Source: an uncultured Candidatus Rokubacteria bacterium (GTDB taxonomy: Bacteria; Methylomirabilota; Methylomirabilia; Rokubacteriales; CSP1-6). From it: a stretch of DNA of 64,000 bases. Positions 10,296 through 23,098 of the stretch are shown here, in pieces. Within the stretch, counting starts at the first letter, position 1, and each line of letters begins with the position of its first letter. The notes beneath the pieces are model-generated. The model ran no database searches. It was not told the DNA's origin and saw nothing but the letters and a program-made list of their open reading frames with translations. Position numbers and translations under genes: made by a program. Location: NCBI GenBank assembly GCA_963754315.1, contig CAVWFS010000013.1, positions 1 through 64,000 of the forward strand, given 5' to 3'.

Positions 10296-11896
10296 GTGGA
10301 GACCGAGGTCGGCATCGTCGGCGCCGGAGCGGCCGGCGGCGTGCTCGCCCTGGAGTTGGCCCGGCGGGGCATCCGGGTGGTCGTGCTCGAATCCGGCCCC
10401 CGCCACGACTTCGCCCGCCGCGGCGAGGCCGTGCGGCGCTATCTCCGCCGCGAGAACCCCTGGCCGACCTCACCGCGGGAACTCGATCGCTATACGGTGG
10501 GGGGCCCGGTGACCTATCAGCTCGAGGGACGCCGGGCGCGCGGTGTGGGCGGGAGCACGCTCCACTGGGAAGGCTACGCGCTCCGGCTCCACGCGCGCGA
10601 TTTCCGGCTCCGCTACGCTCTACGGGATCGCGGACGACTGGCCGATCTCGTACCAGGACCTGGAGCCCTACTACGCCGCGGCCGAGCGCATGCTCGGCGT
10701 GGCCGGCGCCGCCGACGAGCCCGTGGGCCTCGCCGCGCAGCACGCCCTTCCCGTTGCCCGCCTTCGCCTTCAGCCACTCCGACGGTCTGTTTGCGCCGGC
10801 CTGCCGCGACGCTCGGGCATCGCGCTTCCATCACCTGCCCCAGGCGCGCAACTCGCTGGCCTACGGCGGGCGTCCGCAGTGCCGGGCCTGCGGGACCTGC
10901 GCACGTCTGCCCCACGGGAGCCAAGGCCAGCATCGACCTGACGCAGATCCCGCAGGCCGAGGCGACCGGCAACGCGCGCGTCGTCCCCGAGGCGACCGTC
11001 CTGCGGCTCGAGGTCGACGCGCCGGGCAGGTCGAGCGCCGCCGTGTACGCGGGGCCCGACAAGGTCGAGCGGCGGCTGACCGCCCGGGTCTTCGTGCTCG
11101 CCGCCGGCGCCGTGGAGAACGGCGCGGCTCCTGCTCCTGTCCGCCTCGCGCGACTTTCCCGACGGCCTGGCCAACCGGAGCGGGCTGGTGGGCAAGTGCT
11201 TCATGTCGCACCCGGCCATCGACGTGATCGGGCGCGCCCGCGAGAACGTCTATCCCGTATCGCATCGGGTTCTCGACGGCCATGTCGCGGCAGTTCGCCA
11301 TCGAGCGCGACCGGGCGACCCGCGGCGCCTTCCTCCTCGAGTTCCTGAACTCGGCCGGGCCGACGCCCGAGCGGATCGCCGTCGCGAGCGGGCTCTGGGG
11401 CGAGGCGCTGCGCCGGCGCGTCCGGGAGGAGTTCGGCCACTGGCTCGGGATCCGCGTCTACGTGCGAGCAGCTGCCCGACCGCGCCAACGCCGTGTCCCT
11501 CAGCCCGAGCGTGCGGGACTACTTCGGCAGCCCGGCGCCGCACATCCAGCTGCAGCGTGGGCCCGTACGAGCGGAGGGCGCTCGACGAGGCCAGGGACGT
11601 CGCCGGCCAGGATCCTCGACGGCGATGGGGCTGAGTCGACATCCGCGCCACCGGGCTGACGCTTGCCGGCCACCAGATCGGCACCCACCGGATGGGCACC
11701 GATCCGCGCACGAGCGTGGTCGACCCGAACCTCGAGAGCCCACGACGTCCCGAACCTGTACCTGGTGGGCAGCGGCTGCTTCGTCACCGCCAGCGCCTCG
11801 CCGCCCACCCTCACGATCGCCGCGCTGGCGATCCGCGCGGCCGAGCACATCGCCGGCCGAGCTGGGCAGGCCCACTCCGGCTGCTCGCACGGCTGA
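10296..11896 (+). CDS. GMC family FAD oxidoreductase; multiple frameshifts
   Basis: IVGAGAAGG Rossmann motif; GVGGSTLHW; DWPISYQDLEPYY; CPTGAK; ANRSGLVGKCFMSH; HQIGTHRMGTDPRTSVVD; HDVPNLYLVGSGCF..PTLTIAALAIR. Confidence 0.85.
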
Positions 11897-11929
11897 AGTC
11901 CGGCTCCCGCGCTCGGCAACGTCGTCGAC

Positions 11930-14900
11930 GCCGGGCCAGGTCGGCTCGCGGCGCCCGCCGAGAGCCGCCTGAGCAGCCCGCACCCGGACCGGTCTCATCG
12001 AGCGTGCCCAGGCTCTCGAAGATGGCGAGGGCCCGCTCCGAAGAGCCGGCGCGCCTCGCGCACGGTCACCCGCCGCTCGGCGCAAGCTCGGCCTGGGCCA
12101 CGAGCGCCTTGGCGAGCTCGCTCCGGGCGCCCACCTCCTCGAGAATCTGCAGGGCCTCGTCCAGGTGCGGGCGGCGGCCGCCGGATCCTCCGGCGGCGAG
12201 CGACTCCCCCAGAAGGCGGTCGAGCCATGCCCTCGAGGTGTGCGGTAGCCAGCCTCGCGGCTCATGGCGAGAAGCTCCTCGCAGAGAGTCCGAGCCTGCG
12301 CCCGCTCGCCCTGACGAGGTAGGCATCGCCAAGCCAGACGCCGAACGAGCGAACGCGTGCAGTGCGAGGTGTGACTGCTCGAACCACGCGACGGCCTCGG
12401 CCAGCTCCGCGATTCCCGCGTCGGCCTTCCCGGCCTTGACCAGGCCGTAGCCGTGGGCCGCCCTCGCCATGGCGGCGTCGAACGGGCTCGGAGACAGGGC
12501 CAGCGCCTCCTCGCAGCAGCGGAGCCCTGCCTCCGGCGTCGCCCCGCTGGATGTGCGTCGAGCCGGTCCGCCACCAGCCGACAACCTTGAGCCGAAGGTC
12601 GTTCACCGCCTGGCCGTGCTCGAGGGCCCGCTGGCAGTACGCCAGGCTCCGCGCCCACTCGCCCGAGTAGATCGCGGCGATGCTGAGGCCCCACAGCGTC
12701 CGGCAGGCCCACCAGACGTTCCCGCGCGCCTCGAACATCGGCGAGCGCGCGCTCGCCGGCCTCGAGGGCAGGCACGAGATCGCCCGCCATGCCGTACACG
12801 TGGGTGAGGCAGCACTCGGCCAGCGCCTTGAGCTCGTCGAGGCCGTCGAGCATCGGCGATCGCCGCCGCTTCGCGGCAATACGCGATGGGCACCTCCGGC
12901 CGGCCGCCGGCGACGCTGTGCAGGAATCCGGTCCAGTAGTACCACGCGGCGCGGCGGGGCGGGTCGGCTGACCGCCTCCACCACGTCGCGGATCGCCTCC
13001 AGGGCCTGAACGTGCTCGGCGTGGCGGCCGAGGGCGAACTTGACCTCGGCCTGCTTGACGACGGCGTCGATCTTGCGGAGCCGGTTGGGCTCGGTGTCGG
13101 GCATCGAGGCCAGGCGCTTGAGGGCTCCCTCGAACAGGGCCAGGGCCTCGGTGTTGGCCCACCGGCGCTGCGCCTTCTCGGCGGCGAGGATGGCGTAGTC
13201 GACCGCCTTCTCGTCCTCCGCGCTCGCGCTCGAAGTGGTAGGCGAGGATCTCGACGACGTCGTCGATCCGGCCCGCGTAGAGCTCCTCCAGGCCGCGGCC
13301 GGCCGCCGCGTGGAAGCGCCGCCGCCGGCGCTCGAGGAGGCTCGTGTACACGACGTCCTGCGTCAGCGCGTGCTTGAAGCTGTACATCAGCTCGGGGTCG
13401 TGCGCGCTCGGGAAGACGAAGTCGACGGCATGGAGGTCCTTCAGGTCGCCCGCCACCTGATCACGCTCGGTCTCGCGGACGTGGGACACCAGAGAGACGC
13501 CGAAGCGGCGGCCGACGACCGAGGCGACCTGCAGCGTCTGCTTGGGCGACTCGGCCAGGCGGTCGACGCGGGCCGCGATGATGTCGCGGATCGTCTCCGG
13601 CACCGTCACGTCGGCAGCCCGGAGCCGCGCTTCGCCGTTCTCGACGACGATGCCCTCCGTCTCCTGCAGCTGCCGGACGATCTCCTCGACGTACAGCGGA
13701 TTGCCCCCGCCCTTGGCCACGAGGAGCTGGAAGAGCGGCTCCGAGACCGAGCGACTGGCGCAGAGCGCCCCCACCATCTCCCCGATGTCGTCGTGGGTGA
13801 GCCCCTCCAGCTGGAGCCTCTCGGTCGCGCTGGGGAGCCAATCCAGGGAAGCTCCCGGTCGCGTGGTGAGCACCAGCAACACCGCGTGCTTGTGCGCGCG
13901 CTCCGCCAGCGATTTCAGCAACTCCTCCGAGCTGGCGTCGATCCAGTGCACGTTCTCGACGACGATGACCACCGGCCTCAGCGCGCTCTCACGGAAGATG
14001 ACGGTGGCCAGGATCTCGTGCGTGCGGCTGCGGAGCTGGGGGCCCTGCACGCGCAGGAGGAACTCCTGCGGCACCGAGAGGCCCAGGAAGTGGTGAAGCA
14101 GGAACGCAGGCTCCTCGCCCTCGACGCCGAGCGCGACGAGCCGCGCGGCAATTCTTCGCCTGATGTCCTCCGGCGAGAGACCCTCCGGGAGATCGAAGTA
14201 TCGCCGGTACAGCTCGACCATCGGACGATACGCCATGGCGCGACCGAAGGACGCGCAGGTCGTTTCGAGCTCCAGGTGCCCGCTGCCGTCCAGGCTGCCG
14301 CTGTAAGAATTCGTAGAGGAGGCGCGGACTTGCCCACACCCGGCTCGCCGGCGAGGACGACCACCCCTCCGCGACCGCCGGCGGCCTTTCGGAACACCTC
14401 GGCCAGCCGCTCCCGCTCGACGGCGCGCCCGATCAGGGGCGTCAGCCCGCGCTCCTTCGACACCTCCAACCGGGTCCGCCCGCCGAGCTCGCCCTTCACG
14501 GCGTAGGCGCGCTGGGGCTCGGTCTTGCCCTTGACCTGGAAATCCCCGAGGTCCTCGAAGACGAAGAAGCCCTCGCAAAGCTCCTTCGTGTGCCGGCTGG
14601 CCACGATCTGTCCCGGCTGCGCGACGTTCAAGAGCCGCGACGCCAGGTTCACGGTGTCGCCCAGCGCGGTGTAGTCCATCCTGAGATCGCGGCCGATGGC
14701 CCCCACCACGACGAGGCCGGTGTTGATCCCAATCCGCATGAGAAAGTCGCGTCCGTATCTCTGCTGGACGTCGGCCCGGATCGGCGCGAGCTTCTCCTGG
14801 ATGGCCAGCGCCGCCCGCAGGGCGCGTCCGGCGTGATCCTCGTGGGCGATCGGCGCTCCGAAGAGGGCCATCACGCCGTCCCCGAGGAACTGGTTGATGG

Positions 14901-15370
14901 TGCCCTCGTAGCCGTGGACTGCCGCCAGGATCACCTCGAAGGCGCGGTCCATGAGGGCGTGGACCTCCTCGGGATCCAGGCGCTCCGACAGCGAGGTGAA
15001 GCCCGAGACGTCAGTGAACATGACCGTGACCTGCTTGCGCTCTCCTTCGACCGCGGTCTTGGAGGTGAGGATCTTCTCGGCCAGGTGCTTGGGGGTGTAG
15101 GCTCTCAGGCGTCGCGAAGCGCGGCGAGCCCCGTCGGAGGCGGTTCGGCGGCCGTCGGGCCGTGCCGCTAGTGGCCAGTGGGCTCGCGGCGGCGCGGCGG
15201 GGTCGGCGGTGGCGGCTCGCGCCCAGCTTGGCGCCGCACTCGCCGCAGAACTTATTCGTGGGCAGGTTTGACGCGTTGCACGCGGGACAGAGCGAAGGCA
15301 GACGGGCGCCGCACTCGCCGCAGAATTTCTGCCCGGTCGCATTCTCGTGCTGGCACTGTGGACACTGCAT
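11930..15370 (-). CDS. Double zinc ribbon + class III adenylate/guanylate cyclase + AAA ATPase + TPR protein; many frameshifts, 3' end approximate
   Basis: MQCPQCQHEN..FCGECG x2; YTPKHLAEKIL; GERKQVTVMFTDVSGFT; NQFLGDGVMALFG; DYTALGDTVNLASRL; GEPGVGKS; ENVHWID; GNPLYVEE; FKHALTQDVVY; TPR-like helices. Confidence 0.85.
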
Positions 15371-15550
15371 CTGGGCGAACGACGCTCCTTGTCCAGACCG
15401 CCGCCGAACGAAGCCCGTCGGCGGCGTGCGGCCCCTCCGTCCGCTGCTACCGCGAGTGTACTCCGATTCATTCAAGAATGATGCCGAACTCCTGGGCTAG
15501 ATGACAGGGACAAAGCCACACCAATGCCGACCGTAACTCGGTGTTCCGTT

Positions 15551-15613
15551 TATGATAAATCAGCGGGCGGTGGGATACTCGGACAGGAGTGCTTCCGTCC
15601 GATGCTCACCGTT
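15551..15613 (+). promoter_or_regulatory. Candidate -10 box (TATGAT) followed by a long 5'-UTR hairpin upstream of the tamB-like gene
   Basis: TATGAT at 15551-15556; CGGTGGG..TCGGAC.GGAG pairs with TTCC GTCCGA..CTCACCG (15568-15611). Confidence 0.35.
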
Positions 15614-15645
15614 AACCAGACCACCTCCTCCGAAACCAATCACAG

Positions 15646-18600
15646 ATGACTGGTCGGCGCATCGCCATCGCCCTCCTCGTCGCCGGCGCCCTGGGCGTGG
15701 CCGCAGTGGGCGCCTCCTGGCTAGCCGTCAAGATTTGGGGTCCCGCATTCACCGCGGATCGGATCGCGGCCGCCATCACCGAGGCGAGCGGGCGTCCCGC
15801 GCGTGTCGAGAGCGTCCTGCTGGAGCCGCTGCGCGGGCGCGTGCGAGTGTCGGGCCTCACGGTGGGCGCCGCAGACGATGGGGCCGGCCAGCCCATGGTG
15901 CGCGTGGAGCGCATCGACGTGGCCATCCGTCTGGAGAGCTTCTGGCGCCGGGAGCTCGTGATCGGGATCACCGCTCGACACCGCCCAGGCCCGTCTCGTG
16001 CCCGAGCCGGGCTCCAAGCCATTCACGTTCGACATGCCCGAGCGCTTTCAGCTCGGTCCCATCACCGCCCGACTTTCTTCGATCAGGCTCGACCGCAGCC
16101 GGCTTCGCTACGAAGACGAAGCGAGCGGCTTCACACTCGTGCTCGACGGACTGGCCGCTACCGGCCGCCCCCAGGGCGGCGGCCTCGAGCTGACCGCGAG
16201 TGTCGACACCGTGAACTTCCGCGTGGGGGGCGTCACGGAGAAGCTGGAGCGCCTGGTCATCGAGGGCCGGATCGATGCCACCAAGGTCCTCGTGCGGCGC
16301 CTCGAGGCCGGCGGCGACGACCGCACGCTGAAGGTCGCGGGAGCGATCGAGTCGCCATGGACGCAGCCCGTGCTGGCCGCCGAGGCTACGGCCCGTCTCG
16401 GCCTAGGCCCCATCACCCGGAACCTGGGCTCGCCGGTGGCAGTGGAGGGTACCGCCGCCATCGACCTTACCCTCGGCGGCCCGCTCGCGTCGCCCGTGGT
16501 GTCGGGTCGCCTGCACCTGGAGCGCCTCGACGTCGCCGATGTCAGCGCGCGCGATCTCTCGACCTCCTTTACCTATGACGCTCAGGCGCTGACACTCGCC
16601 GACCTGCGCGGACGGTTGCTCGGCGGCACCCTGAGGGGCTCGCTGACCGTGCCCGCGCGCACCCCGCACGATGCGCTCGTCCGATTCCATCTGGCCGACG
16701 CAGAGGTCGCCGCCGTGGCCCGCCTGCGCGGCGGCACGCTCGACGTGCGGGGCCGGCTCACCCTCGACGGCGAGGTCCGTGGCGATCTTTCCCGCCCGCG
16801 ATCGTGGCAAGGTCAGGTCCGGGTGGACGGCTCGGACGTTGCGCTCCCCGGGGCGCTAGCAGGTCTCGGCATCGGACGTGTGAAGGCGGTCGCGCGCACG
16901 AACGCCGGGGAGGTTGTTTCCGATGTCGACGCGAGCTGGCCCTCTGCGAGCCTCAGCGCGCGCGCCCAGCTCGATCCCGATCGCCGCCTGCGCCTGCAGG
17001 CGCGCGGCAGGGCCGATCTCTCCGCGCTGCCCCAATGGGCGGGAAGGGCCGTCGACGTTCAGCTGAGCGGTGACGGCACGTGGCCCCTCGTAGCCGGCAC
17101 GGCCGTCGTCGACCTTACCCGCGCCGGAGTGCGGCGCGATGCGGACCGGATCGACATCCGTCTCACTCCCGTCAAGGGTCCGACTCCGAGCTGGACGGGC
17201 AGCCTCCAGTCACGACGGGTCTCCCTCCCCTGGGTCGACGTCGACGCTCTACAGACCGCCATCGCGCTGTCGACCGCAGCGCTCGAAGTCGAGCGGCTCA
17301 CCGCCCGCGTGGCCGGTGTCCCCGTGCAGGGCTCGGGACGCTGGAGCTGGGACGGGATCGGCGCCGCGCGGATCGTGGCCGGCCCCACCGCGCTTGGCGC
17401 GTTTGCCGGGCGTGACTCCCGATCTCGCGCTCGAGGGCACCGGCCGCGCGGAAATCGAGGCCAATGCGAGCCCGACGGGCATTCAAGCCACGGCGCGCGT
17501 CGAGACCGAGCGCGTGGCCGTGAGCAAGATCACGCTCGGGTCAGGGAACGGCGTAGCAACCTTGCGGGACCGCCACCTCGAGGCTTCCTTCAGATTTCCG
17601 GATCGTCGGCTCGAGATGTCCGCGCGGGGCGACCTCGCCCCCGGCCAGGTGCTGCAAGCGCGCCTCGCCCTGCGTGCGCTGAGCCTCGAGACCTTGCTCG
17701 CCCCCGCGCGCCCCGGCGAGGCGCCGCTCGTGCGCGGCACCGTGTCGGCTGACGCGGATCTCGCGATTGCCGTGGACGACCCGGCACATCCGCGGGGGAC
17801 GCTCAAGATCGAGGCGGGATCCTTTCAGGTGACCGGTACGGCCTGGACCAGTCCGCAGCCGATCATGGTCCGCCTCGACGGACGGCGCGCGACGCTCGAT
17901 CCACTGCGGCTTGTCGGACCGGGGGGAATCGTGACCGCGACCGGCGTCATATGGGACGAGCGCGCGCCGTCTCTGGTGACGGTCCGGCTCGACCAGGGTC
18001 GTCTGGCCGCGCTGGCGCCCACGCTCGGGCTCGACGGGCGCGTGAGGATCGAGGGAGAGCTGTCGGGAGATGCGGGCGCTGTGGCCGGAAAGCGCGCCCG
18101 CGCTCGGCTCGACGGCGACGGCCTCACGCTTCCCGGCGCGCTGGCCAAGCTCGGCGCAGGCACTGGTCGAATCGAGCTCGTGCTCGCCGACGAAACCGTG
18201 CGAGTCGAGCGCGGGGAGATCGCCTGGCCCGGTCTCGCGGGTGAGGTCAGCGGGCGCGTCGGTCTGGACGGTCGCCTGGGCCTCGAGGCCCGCGCCACCG
18301 TCCATGCCGATCGGCTGGGACCCGCTCTGGGTGGCCTCGATGCGGGCGGGACCTTGACGGCGACGGCCACCCTTGGAGGCCGTACGAATCAGCTGGATGG
18401 CCGTGTTCGCATGACCTCAGAGCGCCTCGCCGTGTCAGGGATTCCGATAGAGCGCCTCGAGGGGTCCGGGCGCCTGCAAGGCGACACCGTGCGGCTCGAG
18501 CGGCTCACCGCGCGCGTGCTCGGCGCTCCCCTGCGGGCGCAGGGAGAGTGGACCCTGGGCGGCGATGGGCGGGCCGACCTCGACGCCGGGCCTCTCGCGC

Positions 18601-20360
18601 TTGCGCAGCTCACCAACGTTCCGCCGCAGCTGGCACTGGACGGCTCGCTGACCCTTCACGTGGAGGCCTCGACGGTGCGAGGCGGATTCAAGGCATTCGC
18701 CCAGACACGCGTGAGGCAAGCGCGCGCGCTCGGACTCGTCCTCGGCGAGGGTCACCTCACCGCGCGGGTGGAGGATCGACGTTTGCTCGCCGACCTCTCC
18801 CTCGCCGAAGGTCGAATCACCGGGGCCGCCTCCGGGGCTCTCGCGCCCGGCGGCCTCATCGACACAAAGCTCGAGCTGGCCACCCTGCAGCTGTCGCCGG
18901 TGCTTCGCCACCTCGTCGGGGAAAAGGCAAAGGAGCTCGACGCGGATGTAACGGTCGCTGGCCGAATCACTGCCCGGCTGCCCTGGGACCAGCCGTCCGC
19001 GCTGAACGCGCAGGGCCGTTTCGCTCCCGTGGTGTTGCGCCTGCGCAACCGAGGCATCGATGGTCAGGGCCGGATCGACGGTCTCTGGCAAAACGGCGTC
19101 CTCACCTTGGAGCGGGCCGAGCTCGACGGCAGCACGGGCTTCGTTCGAGCCTCCGGCACGGTCGGCCCAGGCGGTCGGCTCGATCTCACACTCGACGCCC
19201 GGACGCCGCTGCCGGTCCTTCTGGCGCCGATCGCAGAGGTGAGCGCCGCCGACGGAACCGTCGTCGTGCACAGCCAGGTGAACGGCACCCTGGAAGCGCC
19301 TGCGGTTCGAGGCGAGGCGACCCTGGCCAAGGGCAGCGTCGTGGTGCGCGCCTTGCCCGAGCCTATTCGCGATATCAATGCCCGCGTGGTTGCCGCGGCG
19401 AGCACCATTCGTGTGCAGGAGGCGACGGCGATGTACGGAGGGGGGCGGCTCTCGGCGACGGGCGAGGCTGCCCTCGCGGGGCGGGCGCTGGGCGCCTACC
19501 GTCTGCGCCTGACCGCTCGCGACCTCCCGCTGCGGCCGTTCGAGGGACTCGACACGATCTGGAACGCCGACCTCGACCTCGCGAATGTCCAAGGCCGAGC
19601 GTTGCTGGCCGGCGAGGCGCGGCTGGTACGCGGCCTCTATGCGCGCGATCTGTTCACCCTGTCTGCGCTCACCGCGCCCGCGCCGGCCCCCAGGGCTGAG
19701 GGTGGCCCCGGTCTTCCACTGCGCATTCGAGTGCGCCTCGACGACAATATGGTCGTGCGGACTCCCCAGTCGCGCCTGATCGTGGGGGGGACGCTCAACG
19801 TCCAGGGGACTACCACGGCGCCTGTCGTCCTCGGCGCTCTGGAGGCGCGCGAGGGAACCGCGCTGCTGCGGGGGAACCGCTACCAGATCGAGCGTGCCAT
19901 CGTGCGCTTTGCCGATCCGCAGCGCATCGATCCGCTGCTCGATGCCGTTGCCACCACGCGCATCCGCGAGTACGAGGTGACCATCCGGGTGACCGGACGG
20001 GTGCGGGACCTCGACATCCGGCTCTCCTCATCGCCCCCCCTGCCCCGCGACGAGTTGATGTCGCTGGTGGCCTTCGGCAACACACGCGGCGAGGGAGCTG
20101 GAGGCGCGCTGGCCGGCGAGGCCGCCCGCCTGCTCGCCAACGAGCTGCTCGATCTGTCCGGCAACGACCGGGGCTCGTCTGGTCCCCTTCAAGGCATCAT
20201 GGAGCGCACACGAGTGAGCTACTCCCACAACACTGAGGACATCGGCCGCTTTGGCCTTCGGGTGGAATACGAGGTCGCCGGTCCGTTCCTGGTGTCAGCG
20301 GAGAGAACCAGTCTCGGCTATTACGCCATCGACGGGGTGGTGCGCCTGCGCTTCCGATGA
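15646..20360 (+). CDS. tamB: TamB/AsmA-like large periplasm-spanning protein (~1570 aa); frameshifts ~15980 and ~17405
   Basis: N-terminal TM anchor; long amphipathic beta-strand repeats; DUF490-like C-terminus (LRGNRYQIERAIVRF..IDPLLD..LSSSPPLPRDELMSLV); overlaps the Omp85 gene by 4 nt. Confidence 0.8.
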
Positions 20361-23098
20361 GCGCGCGCGCGCTGGTCGCCCTCGCCGTGGCGACGATGCT
20401 CTGGCTCCCAGGCCCGTCCTCGGCAGGAGCGGCCGCCCCCGTCGTGACCGCCATCGATCTCGTCTCGCCCCAGCAGCTGCCGCGGGATCAGGTCCTCGCC
20501 GCCATCGGGCCTCTCACGGGTCAGCCGCGTTCGCGAGCCGCGGTCCGCGAGAGCCTGGACCGCCTCTGGGCGCTTGGTCTCTTCGACGCCGTCACGGTGG
20601 AAGAGCACGGGGACGGCGACGGGGTGAAGCTGGTCTACCACCTGCGCCGCCGTCCCTGGATCGAGAGCCTGAGGTGGACGGGCGATTTCGGGGTCGACCC
20701 CGCCGATCTCGCGGCCGCCGCGCGGCTCGCACTCGGCGGCGATGGCGACGATCATACGATCGCGGATGCCCGCAAACGTGTGCTCGGCGCGCTGCATAGC
20801 CAGGGATTCATGGCCGCCCAGGTCGAGCCACTCATCGTCACGGAGCCGGCCACGAACGGGCGCCGCCTGACCATGGTTGTCACGGCCGGCCGGCCGGCCC
20901 GTCTGGGGCTCATCCGCATCAAGGGAGCGGGGCAACTGACCGCCGCTGAGATCGGTCGCGCCTTTCGTCTCACCGAGGGCGACCGCTATCGCGAGCGAGC
21001 GGTGCGTGACGGCGTGGAGGCCGTGAGGGAGTTTCTCCACCGCGAGGATTTCTTCGACGCCAGCGTGCACGCCACGACCTTCCCGTGGGATCCGGCCACG
21101 AACCAGGTGGGCATCGAGCTCGAGGTTAGCGAGGGACGCCGCTACGAGGTCGAGTTCAGCGGCAACGAGGCCCTGAGCGCGCGGACACTGTCGAGCCGCC
21201 TTGGGCTCGCCGACCGAGGCCCCATCGACACGTTCGTCGTGGACACGGCCGCTCGTGCCATCGAGGCCGCGTACCACGAGCGCGGCTACGCCTTCGTCGC
21301 GGCCAGTGGCACCTTGCAGGAGCGAAACGGCGCCCGGCTCATCAAGTTCGACGTCAGCGAGGGGCCGCGCGCCTTCGTCAAACAAGTCGATCTCACGGGC
21401 AATCTGGAGGTTCCGGCGAGTTCGCTGCTCGGACGCATGCAGCTGCGCCCGGGCCGCTGGTTCGCCACCACGTTTCGCGCCGATCTCCTCGAGTCCGACG
21501 TTCGCACCCTGCAAGCCTATCTGCGCGCGCAGGGATTCGCGGACGCCGTGGTGGGGCCCGCCCGCGTGAGCTGGAGCGACGATCGGACCCAGGCCACCAT
21601 TGCCATCCCGATCGTCGAGGGTCCGCGTCTGCGCGTGGGCGCGATCCGCGTGGAAGGGGCCAGCCTCATCGAGCCGGACAAGATCCTGGCCGCGGTGCCG
21701 CTCGCGCGCGGCAAGGTCTGGGATCCGGAGCGCGCCGAGGAGGGCGCCCGCGCCATTCGACGGCTCTACGACCGAATCGGCGCGCAAAGTACCGAGGTCA
21801 GGGTCGAAGCAGCGCGCGAGGACGGCGAGATCGGGGTGACCTACGCCATCACGGAAGGCCCCCAGACCCGCATCGGCCGCGTCCTCGTGCGCGGCACGCT
21901 GATCACCCGGCCGAGCGTGATCCACGAGCGGCTCCCCTTCAAGCCCGGAGACCCGCTCAACCCTGATGGCTTGCTCTTGGGCCAGAGCCAGCTCGCCGAC
22001 CTCGGGGTGTTCGAGCGGGTCGACATGGAGCCCTTGCAAGCGCCCGAGACGCCCTTCGCCGACGTGGAAGTGACCGTGCGCGAGCGCAAGCCCTGGCGCT
22101 TCGAGTTCGGCGCCGGCTACGGCACCGACGAGGGGGTGCGGGGGTTCGTGGAGGTCGGCTACGACAACCTCTTCGGGACCGGACGTGGCCTGCGTCTGCG
22201 CCAGAAGCTGAACGTCGGCGGCGAGGCGAGCGCCTTCGGCGCGCGCACCGATCTCATCTACCGTGAGCCGTGGGCCTTCGGCACGCATTGGGACGGCGAG
22301 GCCCGGCTCTTCTGGGAGTATCGGGAGGCGCTCGGATATGACTTCGAGCGGGCGGGGGTACGCACCCAGATGGCGGGCGCCCTCTGGCCTGAGCACGTGA
22401 AGGGCCTGGACGGCAGCGTCTGGTATCGCTACTACGACATCCGCCGCTTCAACATCAATCCCGACCTGGCCGACTCGACCATCGTGGCAGGGCGTGACCA
22501 GGTGGCCAGTGTGGCGGGAGCCCTCGTCCTGGATCGACGTGACGCTCCGCTCAATCCCACCCGGGGGAGCTTGAACTTCGTGTCGTTCGAGACCGCCGCC
22601 GAGCCGCTCGGGGGGAGTGTGAGCTTCGTGAAGGCACGCCTGGAGACGGCGTGGGCTTTCTCGTTGCTTCCCCCCACCGTGTTGAGCCTGGCCGCCCGGG
22701 TCGGTCTGGCCACGCCGTTCGCGAACAGTCAGGAGCTGCCGATCGAGGATCGCTTCTACGCGGGCGGCGCCAACACTGTGCGCGGCTATCGGGAGCAGCG
22801 TGTCGGCCCCCTCGACGCGGACCGCGACCCTCTCGGGGGCAACGGGCTCATCGTCCTCAACGCGGAGTGGCGCTTCCCGATCTGGCGCTTTCTCGGAGGC
22901 GCCGTGTTCATCGACGCCGGTCAGGTCACCTCCACCGTGCGCCAGCTGGGCTTGAATCAGTTCCAGGTCGGCACCGGTGGCGGCCTGCGTCTCAACACAC
23001 CGGTAGGCCCGGTACGCCTGGACTTCGGCTACGCGCTCAACGAGATCCCAGGCGAGAACCGCTTCCAGTTCTACCTGGCCATCGGAAATCCCTTCTGA
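20357..23098 (+). CDS. Omp85 family outer-membrane protein (BamA/TamA-like) with multiple POTRA domains
   Basis: Signal peptide; repeated POTRA motifs (LWALGLFDAV, GYAF, VSEGPR, IVEGPR, ITEGPQ, LGVFERV); RFYAGGANTVRGY loop; GLRLNTPVGPVRLDFG; C-terminal Phe. Confidence 0.9.
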   Translation: MSARALVALAVATMLWLPGPSSAGAAAPVVTAIDLVSPQQLPRDQVLAAIGPLTGQPRSRAAVRESLDRLWALGLFDAVTVEEHGDGDGVKLVYHLRRRPWIESLRWTGDFGVDPADLAAAARLALGGDGDDHTIADARKRVLGALHSQGFMAAQVEPLIVTEPATNGRRLTMVVTAGRPARLGLIRIKGAGQLTAAEIGRAFRLTEGDRYRERAVRDGVEAVREFLHREDFFDASVHATTFPWDPATNQVGIELEVSEGRRYEVEFSGNEALSARTLSSRLGLADRGPIDTFVVDTAARAIEAAYHERGYAFVAASGTLQERNGARLIKFDVSEGPRAFVKQVDLTGNLEVPASSLLGRMQLRPGRWFATTFRADLLESDVRTLQAYLRAQGFADAVVGPARVSWSDDRTQATIAIPIVEGPRLRVGAIRVEGASLIEPDKILAAVPLARGKVWDPERAEEGARAIRRLYDRIGAQSTEVRVEAAREDGEIGVTYAITEGPQTRIGRVLVRGTLITRPSVIHERLPFKPGDPLNPDGLLLGQSQLADLGVFERVDMEPLQAPETPFADVEVTVRERKPWRFEFGAGYGTDEGVRGFVEVGYDNLFGTGRGLRLRQKLNVGGEASAFGARTDLIYREPWAFGTHWDGEARLFWEYREALGYDFERAGVRTQMAGALWPEHVKGLDGSVWYRYYDIRRFNINPDLADSTIVAGRDQVASVAGALVLDRRDAPLNPTRGSLNFVSFETAAEPLGGSVSFVKARLETAWAFSLLPPTVLSLAARVGLATPFANSQELPIEDRFYAGGANTVRGYREQRVGPLDADRDPLGGNGLIVLNAEWRFPIWRFLGGAVFIDAGQVTSTVRQLGLNQFQVGTGGGLRLNTPVGPVRLDFGYALNEIPGENRFQFYLAIGNPF

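Noticed and set aside
20321..22396. Long antisense ORFs (also 25635-26981, 31898-33325, 53374-55269)
   Set aside because: Stop-poor reverse frames expected in high-GC coding DNA; no recognisable motifs.
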